Shown here: positions 7,396 to 16,182 of the stretch, piece by piece
How the letters are laid out: the number at the start of each line of letters is the position of its first letter
Position numbering within the stretch: position 1 is the stretch's first letter
DNA from: Bdellovibrionales bacterium
Lineage (GTDB): Bacteria > Bdellovibrionota > Bdellovibrionia > Bdellovibrionales > JAMPXM01
Direction of reading: 5' to 3'
DNA length: 29,926 bases
Assembly (NCBI GenBank): GCA_043784965.1
Contig: JAYVXS010000296.1
Span: forward strand, 1-29,926
Position numbers and translations under genes: made by a program
Notes under the pieces: generated by a model
Told to the model about the DNA's origin: nothing
The model's input: the letters and a program-made list of their open reading frames with translations, nothing else
The model's database searches: none

Positions 7396-10300
7396 TTTCT
7401 CTGCAAGAAATCGCTTTTTAGTTCTGGCGATTGTTTTTGTCTGCGGCTTGCTTGGCTGGTATTCGCTCAAACGCATTCCTCTGGATGCAATTCCAGACCT
7501 ATCAGACACTCAAGTGATTATTTATTCTAAATGGGACCGCTCTCCAGATATTGTAGAAAATCAAGTTACCTATCCAATCGTCTCTTCTATGCTAGGTGCC
7601 GCAAAGGTAAAATCAGTTCGCGGATTTTCGGACTATGGCTTTTCTTATGTCTATGTCATTTTTGAAGACGGCGTCGATCTTTATTGGGCAAGAAGCCGCG
7701 TTTTAGAAAGCCTAAATAGAATTTCTTCGCAAATTCCTACCGGAGTTAAAACAGAAATTGGGCCCGATGCCACAAGTGTAGGTTGGGTCTACCAATATGC
7801 CATTCGCGATGAATTGGGTCGATTTAATTCTGCTGACTTGCGTTCATTGCAGGATTGGCTGATACGCTTTCATCTCCAGTCCGTGCCTGGTGTTGCAGAA
7901 GTCGCAGCTGTTGGAGGCTTCGTAAAACAATACCAAGTTAAAGTAGATCCCACCCGACTCGCCCAATTTGAAGTTAGCATGAGTCAGGTAATTGAAGCTG
8001 TTAAAAATTCAAATCAAGAAAGTGGTGGGCGAACCATTGAATTTTCTGGCACCGAAGCGATGGTGAGAAGTCGCGCACTAGTTGATAAGACCGAGGACAT
8101 TGAAAATGCAGTTGTTACCTATAATCCAAGAAGCCGCGCCCCGATTCTGGTAAAGCAGATCGCAAAAGTTTCAGTCGGGCCAGAGATGCGTCGTGGAATC
8201 ACAGACTTTAACGGATTGGGCGATAGCGTGGGCGGAATCATCGTCATGAGGCAAGGCGAAGATGTCCCTGCCGTGATTGGCCGAATAAAAGAAAAGTTAT
8301 TGAGCCTTCAGAAAAGCCTACCCGAGGGAGTCAAGATCATCCCGGTCTATGACCGATCGGATCTAATCGACAGGGCAATAGAAAATCTCAAGGGAACCCT
8401 CCTCGAAGAATTGATTATTGTAAGCCTCATTATTCTGCTTTTTCTCTGGCATATTCCCTCGGCCATTGTGCCGATCTTCACCATCCCCATTTCAATTTTG
8501 TTAGCGTTCATCCCACTTTATTTTTTGGGCTTGAGTTCAAATATTATGTCACTCTCAGGGATTGCGATCTCGATTGGAGTTTTAGTCGATGGGGCGATTG
8601 TCGAAGTTGAAAACGCCTATCGAAAAATTTATTTATGGAATATGGGTGGCCGAAAAGAAAGCTTTTTCGAAGTTCGTTTGAACGCCCTTAAAGAAGTTGG
8701 TCCTTCTGTTTTCTTTTCACTTCTGGTGATTGCCGTCTCATTTATACCTATTTTTACTTTGCTCGATCAAGAGGGACGATTGTTTCGCCCGCTGGCCTTT
8801 TCAAAAACCTTTGCTCTCGGTATTGCGGCTCTACTGGCCATCACTCTTGACCCCGCAATGCGTATGCTATTTGCACGTGCCGATCACTTTCAATTCAAAA
8901 GTAAATGGCTAAACAAAATTGGCAACGCCTTGGTGGTTGGCACTTATTATGCTGAAGAAAAGCATCCAATTAGCAGAAGAATTTTTCGCATCTATGAACC
9001 AGCCATTGGTTGGGTTTTAGATCATAAAAAGAAGAGCCTGGCTTTAGCTTTAATTGGCATACTCTCCATCGTTCCCGGCTTCTTACTTCTCGGATCTGAA
9101 TTCATGCCGACACTCCATGAAGGCAGCCTTCTCTATATGCCCACTGCGCTGCCAGGGATTTCAGTGAGCGAAGCTCAAAGAATTCTCTCTCTTCAAGATC
9201 AAATCATAAAATCCTTTCCGGAGGTCGAGACGGTTTTTGGCAAAGCCGGGCGTGCTGAGACTTCAACTGATACTGCCCCGATGAGCATGTTTGAAACGAC
9301 TGTGGTTCTGAAATCCAAATCAGCTTGGCGAAAAAATAAACGTTGGTATTCATTCTTGCCAGAACAATTGAAGGGACCCCTACAAAGAATTTGGCCCGAA
9401 ACCATAAGTGAAGAACAACTAGTAGATGAATTAAATGAAAAACTTAGCTTCATTGGAATGCCAAATATTTGGACCATGCCGATCAAGAACCGCATCGATA
9501 TGTTATCAACAGGTATTCGAAGTCCTATCGGCATAAAGATTTTTGGCCCCGATCTTAAGAAAATTCAAGCCATCGGCGAAAACATCGAGCGCGAAATCAA
9601 GACTCTGCCGGGAACAAGAACGGTTGTCGCCGAACGAATCGCTGCTGGGTATTTTCTTGATATTGATTTTGATCGAGAAAAACTAAAAATTTATGGTCTC
9701 TCACTTAAAGATGCCCAAGATCAAGCGATGGCTGCAATCGGCGGCGAAAATGTATCGCAAATATTGGTAGATCGAGAGCGCTATCCGATTCAAGTTCGAT
9801 TGGCACCTGCGTTTCGACAAGATGAGCACGCCATTAAGCGCGTCCTCATCACCACGCCGACTGGTGCGCAAATCCCCTTAAACGAAGTGGCATTGGTTCA
9901 TTTCAAAAATGGACCATCGATGATTCGCGATGAAAACGCTTCACTTGTCGGCTATGTCTATATCGATATCAACCCAAATCAAATTGACATTGGAACCTAT
10001 GTCGACCGAGCCAAAGAACTTCTCAATAGACGAATTCAGATTCCCACTGGCTATACAGTCGCCTGGAGTGGCCAGTTTGAGAATATGGAACGTGTGAAAG
10101 AGCGTCTTAAGTTTGTCATTCCAATTACGCTCATCCTCATTATGTTCTTACTCTTCTTAAATACTAAATCTTGGATTAAAACTTCAATCGTTTTATTAGC
10201 TGTCCCCTTCTCTCTTATTGGTGCCGTCTGGCTTCTAGTGGCCCTTGGTTATAATCTTTCAATTGCCGCCTGGGTTGGGATGATAGCCCTCCTTGGATTA

Positions 10301-10636
10301 GATGCCGAGACAGGTGTCTTTATGCTGATGTATCTTGATCTCGCCTTTGATGAGCGGGTAAAGCGCGGAGAAATGCGAAATCTCGATGACTTAAAACATG
10401 CTATCGTCGAAGGCGCTGTCCACCGGGTTCGCCCAAAACTTATGACGGTTGCTGCACTTTTCATGGGACTCATTCCCATCATGTGGTCGATGGGTGCAGG
10501 TGCCGACGTCATGAAGCGCATTGCCGCACCAATGATCGGCGGCCTGCTTACATCTTTCTTGATGGAACTGCTCATTTATCCGGTGGTCTTTTATCTTTGG
10601 AAGCAAAAATCACATTTTAAAATGAAATTTTCATGA
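7364..10636 (+). CDS. cusA: Heavy-metal efflux RND transporter, CusA/CzcA family (HME-RND). The start may instead be the GTG at 7376.
   Basis: 1090 aa with the 12-TM RND architecture. The N-terminus IIDFSARNRFLVLAIVF and the overall sequence are typical of CusA/CzcA. It overlaps the end of cusB by 20-32 bp. Confidence 0.9.
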   Translation: MEAPVVTRIIDFSARNRFLVLAIVFVCGLLGWYSLKRIPLDAIPDLSDTQVIIYSKWDRSPDIVENQVTYPIVSSMLGAAKVKSVRGFSDYGFSYVYVIFEDGVDLYWARSRVLESLNRISSQIPTGVKTEIGPDATSVGWVYQYAIRDELGRFNSADLRSLQDWLIRFHLQSVPGVAEVAAVGGFVKQYQVKVDPTRLAQFEVSMSQVIEAVKNSNQESGGRTIEFSGTEAMVRSRALVDKTEDIENAVVTYNPRSRAPILVKQIAKVSVGPEMRRGITDFNGLGDSVGGIIVMRQGEDVPAVIGRIKEKLLSLQKSLPEGVKIIPVYDRSDLIDRAIENLKGTLLEELIIVSLIILLFLWHIPSAIVPIFTIPISILLAFIPLYFLGLSSNIMSLSGIAISIGVLVDGAIVEVENAYRKIYLWNMGGRKESFFEVRLNALKEVGPSVFFSLLVIAVSFIPIFTLLDQEGRLFRPLAFSKTFALGIAALLAITLDPAMRMLFARADHFQFKSKWLNKIGNALVVGTYYAEEKHPISRRIFRIYEPAIGWVLDHKKKSLALALIGILSIVPGFLLLGSEFMPTLHEGSLLYMPTALPGISVSEAQRILSLQDQIIKSFPEVETVFGKAGRAETSTDTAPMSMFETTVVLKSKSAWRKNKRWYSFLPEQLKGPLQRIWPETISEEQLVDELNEKLSFIGMPNIWTMPIKNRIDMLSTGIRSPIGIKIFGPDLKKIQAIGENIEREIKTLPGTRTVVAERIAAGYFLDIDFDREKLKIYGLSLKDAQDQAMAAIGGENVSQILVDRERYPIQVRLAPAFRQDEHAIKRVLITTPTGAQIPLNEVALVHFKNGPSMIRDENASLVGYVYIDINPNQIDIGTYVDRAKELLNRRIQIPTGYTVAWSGQFENMERVKERLKFVIPITLILIMFLLFLNTKSWIKTSIVLLAVPFSLIGAVWLLVALGYNLSIAAWVGMIALLGLDAETGVFMLMYLDLAFDERVKRGEMRNLDDLKHAIVEGAVHRVRPKLMTVAALFMGLIPIMWSMGAGADVMKRIAAPMIGGLLTSFLMELLIYPVVFYLWKQKSHFKMKFS

Positions 10637-10698
10637 CTCGCATTTCTTTACTCCAAATGCTAGGCTAAATTTGACCGACTCAATAGGATGGGCGCAAA

Positions 10699-12966
10699 AT
10701 GTTAAGCTCCACTTCTCGCATTATTTTTTTTCTAGCTTTTAGCTCGGTTTTAAGCCTAGTTTTCAGTTTTAGCCCTTCAGCTTATGGCTTAAGTTCAAAA
10801 GAAATCGATAAAAAAGTTACGGCACTTCTTGCCGAAATGACTCTAACAGAAAAAATTGGGCAGCTTCAACAACTCCCTGGCGAAGCCGATGGCAGCTACA
10901 AAACTGAACTTGAGACTTCGGTCAAAGGCGGATTGGTCGGCTCCACCTTAAATCTGCGTGGTGCCCGCAATACAAACCAGTTGCAAAAAATTGCAATTGA
11001 AAATTCAAGACTGAAAATTCCACTTTTGTTTGCCTTTGATGTCATTGCTGGCTACCGCACAACTTTTCCCGTTCCACTAGCCCAAGCCAGTAGTTGGGAC
11101 CTAGATTTGATTGAAAAAATTGAAAGTATTGCGGCGAGCGAGGCTTATTCGGCGGGTCTCAAATGGACTTTTGCTCCAATGGTCGACATCGCCAGGGATC
11201 CGCGCTGGGGCCGAGTCGTTGAGAGCGCGGGCGAAGATCCTTATCTGGGCTCACAAATCGCAAAAGCACGGGTACGAGGTTTTCAAGGCAAAGAAATTGG
11301 CGAAACGAAGCGAATTTTAGCTTGTGCAAAACATTGGGTTGGTTATGGTGCCGCCCAAGCGGGTCGAGAATACAATACGACGGATATTTCTGAGAACGAA
11401 CTGCGTAATATTTATTTTCCACCTTTTAAAGCGGCCGCTGATAGCGGCGTCGCGAGCTTCATGAGTGCCTTCAACGATCTCAATGGAGTCCCAACCAGTG
11501 GCAATCCTTTTACCTTAAGAAAGATATTGAAAGACGATTGGAAATTCGCAGGCGTTGTGGTCAGTGATTGGGGCTCCATCGATGAATTAATCAATCACGG
11601 CCTGGCCGCAGATGGCCTTGAGGCTGCAGCTCAAGCCTTTGATGCTGGCGTGGACATTGAGATGACCTCACTGAACTACCAAAAATTTCTGTCACAGCTG
11701 GTGAAGTCATCGAAAGCAAGTGAAATTCAACTCAATGAGAGTGTTCGTAGGATTTTACGTTTAAAGTTTCATTTGGGACTATTTGACAAGCCCTACAGCT
11801 CAGAAGAACTTGAAACCAAGACACTTGCAAATCCCGATCACCTTAAAGTCGCCCAATTGGCCGCAGCCAAGAGTTTTGTTTTACTTAAAAATCAAAAAAA
11901 TATTTTGCCTTTAAACAAAAATATTTCTTCTATTGCGGTGATTGGCCCTCTCGCTGATAACCAGGACGCCGCACTTGGCTGGTGGCGAGGAGATCGGCCC
12001 CATCTCGATCAGAATTTTAAAAATGATGTGGATGCCCCGAAGCCTTCTATTTTAGTTGGCATTAAAAATTTGAGCTCCGCAAAAACCAAGATTTTTTATA
12101 ACAAAGGCTGCGAGATCCTAAGCTGCACAAAAAAGTCGATAGCTGACGCTGTTGCAACTGCTAAGAAAGCTAAAGTTGCTATTCTAGTTGTAGGCGAAAC
12201 TGCCGAAATGAGCGGTGAGGCTGCTTCACGAGCCAACATAGGGCTCCCAGGCCAACAATTAGACCTTGTTAAGGCCATCGCAGCAACCGGTGTTCCGCTA
12301 GTTGTGTTATTGATGAACGGACGACCTCTCACCATTCCATGGATCGCCGAAAACGTGCCGGCAATACTTGAAACTTGGCTCGGCGGACAACAAGCTGGTG
12401 CTGCGGTCGCAGAAGTATTGTTTGGCGATCAAAATCCTTCAGGCAAATTACCAATGAGCTTTCCGCGCTCAATTGGCCAGGTGCCAATTTACTATAATCA
12501 AAAAAATACTGGCCGCCCTTTTGAGCTAGGTAAATCTAAAGGTATATATTTTTCAAAATATATCGACGAAGAAAACTCGCCGCAATTTCCATTTGGCTTT
12601 GGCTTGAGTTATAGCCAATTTAGAATCAGTGATCTACGCTTGAGTGATTTGAATCTGAAGCCAAGTGCTAAAATCCAGGTGAGTGTTCAAGTTGAGAATA
12701 TCGGAAGCCGTAGTGGTGAAGAGGTTGTGCAATTTTATATTCACCGCAAAGTGGGCTCAGTGACTCGACCGATTAAAGAGCTAAAGGCCTTTCGAAAAGT
12801 GGCACTTGCCCCAGGTCAAAGACAATTGGTTCAGGTGAGTTTAGGGCCCGACGAATTGGGTTTTTTCGGTCGAGATATGCTGTACTCGGTTGAGCCTGGT
12901 CAAGTAGATGTGATGGTCGGCAGTAGCTCAGAGACGACTCTGCATTCGAGTTTTGAAATTAAGTAA
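10699..12966 (+). CDS. bglX: Secreted glycoside hydrolase family 3 beta-glucosidase (BglX-like).
   Basis: Signal peptide, then LAEMTLTEKIGQL, the GH3 N-terminal TIM-barrel and C-terminal domains, and the characteristic KHWVGYG / SDW motifs. Confidence 0.85.
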   Translation: MLSSTSRIIFFLAFSSVLSLVFSFSPSAYGLSSKEIDKKVTALLAEMTLTEKIGQLQQLPGEADGSYKTELETSVKGGLVGSTLNLRGARNTNQLQKIAIENSRLKIPLLFAFDVIAGYRTTFPVPLAQASSWDLDLIEKIESIAASEAYSAGLKWTFAPMVDIARDPRWGRVVESAGEDPYLGSQIAKARVRGFQGKEIGETKRILACAKHWVGYGAAQAGREYNTTDISENELRNIYFPPFKAAADSGVASFMSAFNDLNGVPTSGNPFTLRKILKDDWKFAGVVVSDWGSIDELINHGLAADGLEAAAQAFDAGVDIEMTSLNYQKFLSQLVKSSKASEIQLNESVRRILRLKFHLGLFDKPYSSEELETKTLANPDHLKVAQLAAAKSFVLLKNQKNILPLNKNISSIAVIGPLADNQDAALGWWRGDRPHLDQNFKNDVDAPKPSILVGIKNLSSAKTKIFYNKGCEILSCTKKSIADAVATAKKAKVAILVVGETAEMSGEAASRANIGLPGQQLDLVKAIAATGVPLVVLLMNGRPLTIPWIAENVPAILETWLGGQQAGAAVAEVLFGDQNPSGKLPMSFPRSIGQVPIYYNQKNTGRPFELGKSKGIYFSKYIDEENSPQFPFGFGLSYSQFRISDLRLSDLNLKPSAKIQVSVQVENIGSRSGEEVVQFYIHRKVGSVTRPIKELKAFRKVALAPGQRQLVQVSLGPDELGFFGRDMLYSVEPGQVDVMVGSSSETTLHSSFEIK

Positions 12967-12993
12967 TTTTTGCATTCGAAGAGGGCTAAATTT

Positions 12994-13160
12994 ATGAAGT
13001 CAGCAGCATTGCTTGGTGGGACCGGATTAGTCGGCAGCTTTTTATTGCAACAAGTCTGAAAACATCGCAGGCTTCAAATACAATTAGTCTGCGACAAGGT
13101 CAAATAAATCCGAAGTTGCAATCAGGTAATGCTGCCGGGCTTAATTTCCTTGATTATTAG
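12994..13160 (+). pseudogene. Remnant of an NAD(P)-binding (NmrA/YeeZ-like, atypical SDR) gene interrupted by an in-frame TGA after codon 21.
   Basis: MKSAALLGGTGLVGSFLLQQV-stop-KTSQASNTISLRQGQINPKLQSGNAAG... The GxxGxxG Rossmann N-terminus is followed, in the same frame after the stop, by a segment resembling the LVRNPAKLQ region of these proteins. The frame then decays. Confidence 0.35.
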
Positions 13161-13384
13161 GCTTACCATGGATCCTGTGGTCCACCAGGGATAAACTTGG
13201 CAAAGAGGTTTCCAGCGGACTAAATATTTAATCGATAAATCCAAAATCGACTCCAGCAATCCTACTTTGGAATTAATTTGCAAAAAGTTTTGCTGGCAAT
13301 AGAGACATACGCTTATATGACCCAAAAAGTGTCCATGGATCTCTCGAGCACATTGCAATTAATCTGGAGCAAAAGCTTCCCATA

Positions 13385-13816
13385 ATGTCTAAATCATTTC
13401 GAGAATTTTTATCATTGCATGAAAATCATGAAGATGCAAAAAAATATCAATGGAATGCCGCTAAGTATGGGATCTTAGAGATTGATGATGAGACCTATTC
13501 TCATATTCCAAATAGATGCCAAAAGAATGCTAGAATTCAAATTGAACAAGCGTTTGTTCGCTCTGAATATCCGGATCCTAATTCTCAGAACAAAACAATT
13601 ATTTTTGCGTTTAATCCAATTATACTTTCACAGATGGCAGAAGGGCACCCTATACAACTTTCTTTTTTACTCGTTCATGAATGGCTTTGGAATTTCACGT
13701 CAAGCTTTGAGCAAAATCGGAGAGTTGATTTTATACTGCATTCGGTGGCATTCGACAAACTTTCGCCAGCTGAAGCCGCTTCTCTTATGCTTAAAAATGG
13801 CATTAAGGGCTTATAG
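13385..13816 (+). CDS. Hypothetical protein, 143 aa.
   Basis: Clean ORF with a plausible start. No motif recognised (HEWLW is not an HExxH). Confidence 0.35.
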   Translation: MSKSFREFLSLHENHEDAKKYQWNAAKYGILEIDDETYSHIPNRCQKNARIQIEQAFVRSEYPDPNSQNKTIIFAFNPIILSQMAEGHPIQLSFLLVHEWLWNFTSSFEQNRRVDFILHSVAFDKLSPAEAASLMLKNGIKGL

Positions 13817-14037
13817 AATTTAACTGGCAAACTAGGCTGAGCACAATTTCGTTGCCCGTACTTTCCCTAGTTATTCGGTGGACATTTTTCGGCAGCCGCT
13901 TAGAAAGATTTTCATCACGTTGGTTCCGATTGGCTTCAGCAATGAAATATGGTATAAACACTTTTGCACTTAATAAAGAATTTAACCATGCGACCGCAAT
14001 CCATTGTATTTGCAGTCCACATAATCTGGAGATTCAG

Positions 14038-14409
14038 ATGAAATCACTTTTAACAGTTCTTTTTACGGCTACCATACTTAGTTCAAATGCTTTTGCACAG
14101 AGCCAGGCCAATTCTGAACTGTCCGTAGAAGTAAGATATTGCTCACAAAATTCTGGCTTCAATCAATCCGCGCTTTGCGCCATAGTTTACAACGGAATAG
14201 CCGGCATAGAAATGCCGATCGATGATGGCCAAAATATGGCTTTGCGAACCGCACTTGCTCAACGCATCTTGGGTACCGGTGGATCAATGGCCTTCGTGGT
14301 ATCTGGGCATATTGTCTCTCGAGTTCGACCACCTGGCAGCTACGTAAATGTTCTCGTTGTTGAATCGATTGTTTTAAATCCATCAGGCCCGCGTCCACGT
14401 GGTATGTAA
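14038..14409 (+). CDS. Small secreted protein (~124 aa) of unknown function. The track ORF 13852..14409 is trimmed here to the first Met that precedes a signal peptide.
   Basis: MKSLLTVLFTATILSSNAFA-QSQ is a signal peptide. The mature part has 2 Cys. Confidence 0.4.
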   Translation: MKSLLTVLFTATILSSNAFAQSQANSELSVEVRYCSQNSGFNQSALCAIVYNGIAGIEMPIDDGQNMALRTALAQRILGTGGSMAFVVSGHIVSRVRPPGSYVNVLVVESIVLNPSGPRPRGM

Positions 14410-14540
14410 TTTTATCGGCTTGGGACTTTAGGCTCTTCTTAAAGGTGATATCGAGTCTATTGTCTCTATTTTGCTTTGCCGCCTCAAGAGGATCAGCCTC
14501 GGGCATTGCTAAAAGCTTAGAGATATTCTAGAGTATTTGA

Positions 14541-14897
14541 ATGTGCGGCAGAGCTTACCAAACCTATACTGATGAAGAACTTGAACTTACCTATTTGAAT
14601 AGGAGCTCAAGTCGAAAACTCTTTGCCGAGCGAAAAGTAAATTTCAATCTCTGTCCGACTCAATCCTCGCCCATCGTTTTGGTCAAAGATGGCCAGCGAA
14701 CAATAGAACTCTTTCGCTTCGACCTTGTACCCCGTTGGGCGAAAAGCCTCAAAGATACTGCAAAGTATTCGTTAATCAATGCCAAGGGTGAGGAGATTAC
14801 CGAAAAACGTTCCTACAAGCTGGTACTATCTATTAAAAGCGTGAACCTTTGCACAGCGTTCGTCTTCTTGCCCAGCAATGCGCAATGTTTTAATTAG
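14541..14897 (+). pseudogene. Truncated SOS-response-associated peptidase (SRAP / YedK / DUF159) gene. Only the N-terminal ~105 conserved residues remain, including the catalytic Cys2.
   Basis: Begins MCGR (the invariant Cys2 nucleophile). It carries the SRAP blocks NLCPTQSSPIV, DLVPRWAK and LINAKGEEITEKRSYK. The expected C-terminal half (CLIPADGFYEW...) is missing, and the frame stops at 14897 where it meets the 3' end of a convergent gene remnant. Confidence 0.5.
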
Positions 14898-16162
14898 CAC
14901 TGGTGGCATTTTAGAATTTGACAAAGCGAATTCTCGAATGCGTCCGGCCGATTTCTCATTACACATCGCAGGGACAAGTGGTCGACTCACCGTTGACAAA
15001 TATTCTTGGTCACGCCCTAAAGATTTGTCGATAAATTCAAAATAATCATCGGCAAAGACTTTCTGTAATTCACGCTGCTGATACGGAAAGATATTTCTCG
15101 CAATTTGATCGATTTGCCGCAGTGAATATTCGGTCTTCTCTGCCTTTACCTGTGCGTACCAGGCTTTCTTATTATCCAAAGTTGGAATAGACGACACACA
15201 GGCCAAGCTACTTTATTTGGCACGACTTGAGACATCGCGTTTTTCTTCTTCTGAAACAATTGTATTCATATTAGGAAAATTAAATTTGCACATTTGCTGC
15301 AAAGTGGCCCAACGTCGATCTTGATCTAACTCAAGACCTGCCATTTTTTCTTTTCCTTGAAAAATGAGATTCAGCTGGGTGAGTCCGGCGGGCGTCTCTG
15401 TTGCATGAATTAAGGCATCGAGCCAGGTTCTTTGAACATCTGAGTCGGGCGGCGCAGCCTTCAGAACTTTCGCATAAGCAGTTTCCACTCGAATATTAAT
15501 TGCGTCTCTCGCTGAACTTCGCTTTCATTCGGCATATAAAAATAAATACAGTTTTCATCAGAACGTCTGCCTCCAGATATTGAGGACACAAGCTGCCCGA
15601 TGACTTTAAGATTTTGCTCCGAAGAAATGGCATTGAGAGCAATTTCAGTATAATCACTAATTTTAAATTTTTGATCACGCACCATTTGCCATAGCGTGCT
15701 TGAAAACATCAGACGCATAAATGGATCATCAATTTTCGTAAACGACGTCTTCAGATTTTCAAGTGTCGTTTGATCCAATTCGAATTTGATGTAGGCATAG
15801 TCGCCAAAGTTTGGATAGACCAGCTTAGGACAGTTGAGTCCGACCGCTTCTTTGACGTCCAATTCTTTTTGATTCATCACAATACGTAAACTTTTCGAAA
15901 GAGTGAATTTTGAATTTTGCTCATCCAAAAATTCAATTTCAAAGGCATGACCCCTATTCTCTTTAGAAAATTCAGATTTCTCGACATTCAATTTCAAACT
16001 TAAAATTTTATTGGCTTCACACTTAATTTGATACTTGTGACTATAGGTCCCTTCGTAATGAATCTCAATGCGGTTCGCGCCTTGAGCTAAAAATTTCTGC
16101 GGCAACATAAAAAAGCGTTTGCCCTGGATGAAATTACTTACCACAACATTATTGATCACCAA
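14826..16162 (-). pseudogene. C-terminal half of an M1 family (PepN-like) aminopeptidase (DUF3458 / ERAP1_C-like region) with no catalytic domain. It is broken into three ORFs by one frameshift (near 15461-15488) and one in-frame TAA (15213-15215).
   Basis: Segments ...PKLVYPNFGDYAYIKFELDQTTLENLKTSFTKIDDPFMRLMFSSTLWQMV..., ...QRTWLDALIHATETPAGLTQLNL... and ...KSLGRDQEYLSTVSRPLVP... parallel the E. coli PepN C-terminal domains (..EFSAPVKLEY..SDQQLTFLMRHARNDFSRWDAAQSLL.., ..DKWFILQA.., ..LNSRNPQVASRLIEPL..) as I remember them. No HExxH/GAMEN domain lies upstream; fadH abuts directly. Confidence 0.4.
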
Positions 16163-16182
16163 TTTTGAAATTTTACCATCGG

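Noticed and set aside
13122-13358. 78-aa minus-strand ORF in the GH3-to-hypothetical intergenic region.
   Set aside because: No RBS or motif. It overlaps the decayed NmrA-like remnant and is probably chance.
13482-13823. 113-aa alternative-frame ORF inside 13385..13816.
   Set aside because: Same strand, shifted frame and a highly basic, low-complexity product. The longer frame has the better start.
14159-14506. 115-aa minus-strand ORF antisense to the small secreted protein gene.
   Set aside because: The sense-strand ORF has a convincing signal peptide. The antisense ORF has none and is Arg/Leu-rich, as expected for a reverse frame.
12967-16162. Mobile element, prophage or IS insertion as the cause of the gene-decay region.
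   Set aside because: No transposase, integrase, tRNA attachment site or obvious terminal inverted repeats were seen. The decay looks like deletion and point inactivation rather than insertion.
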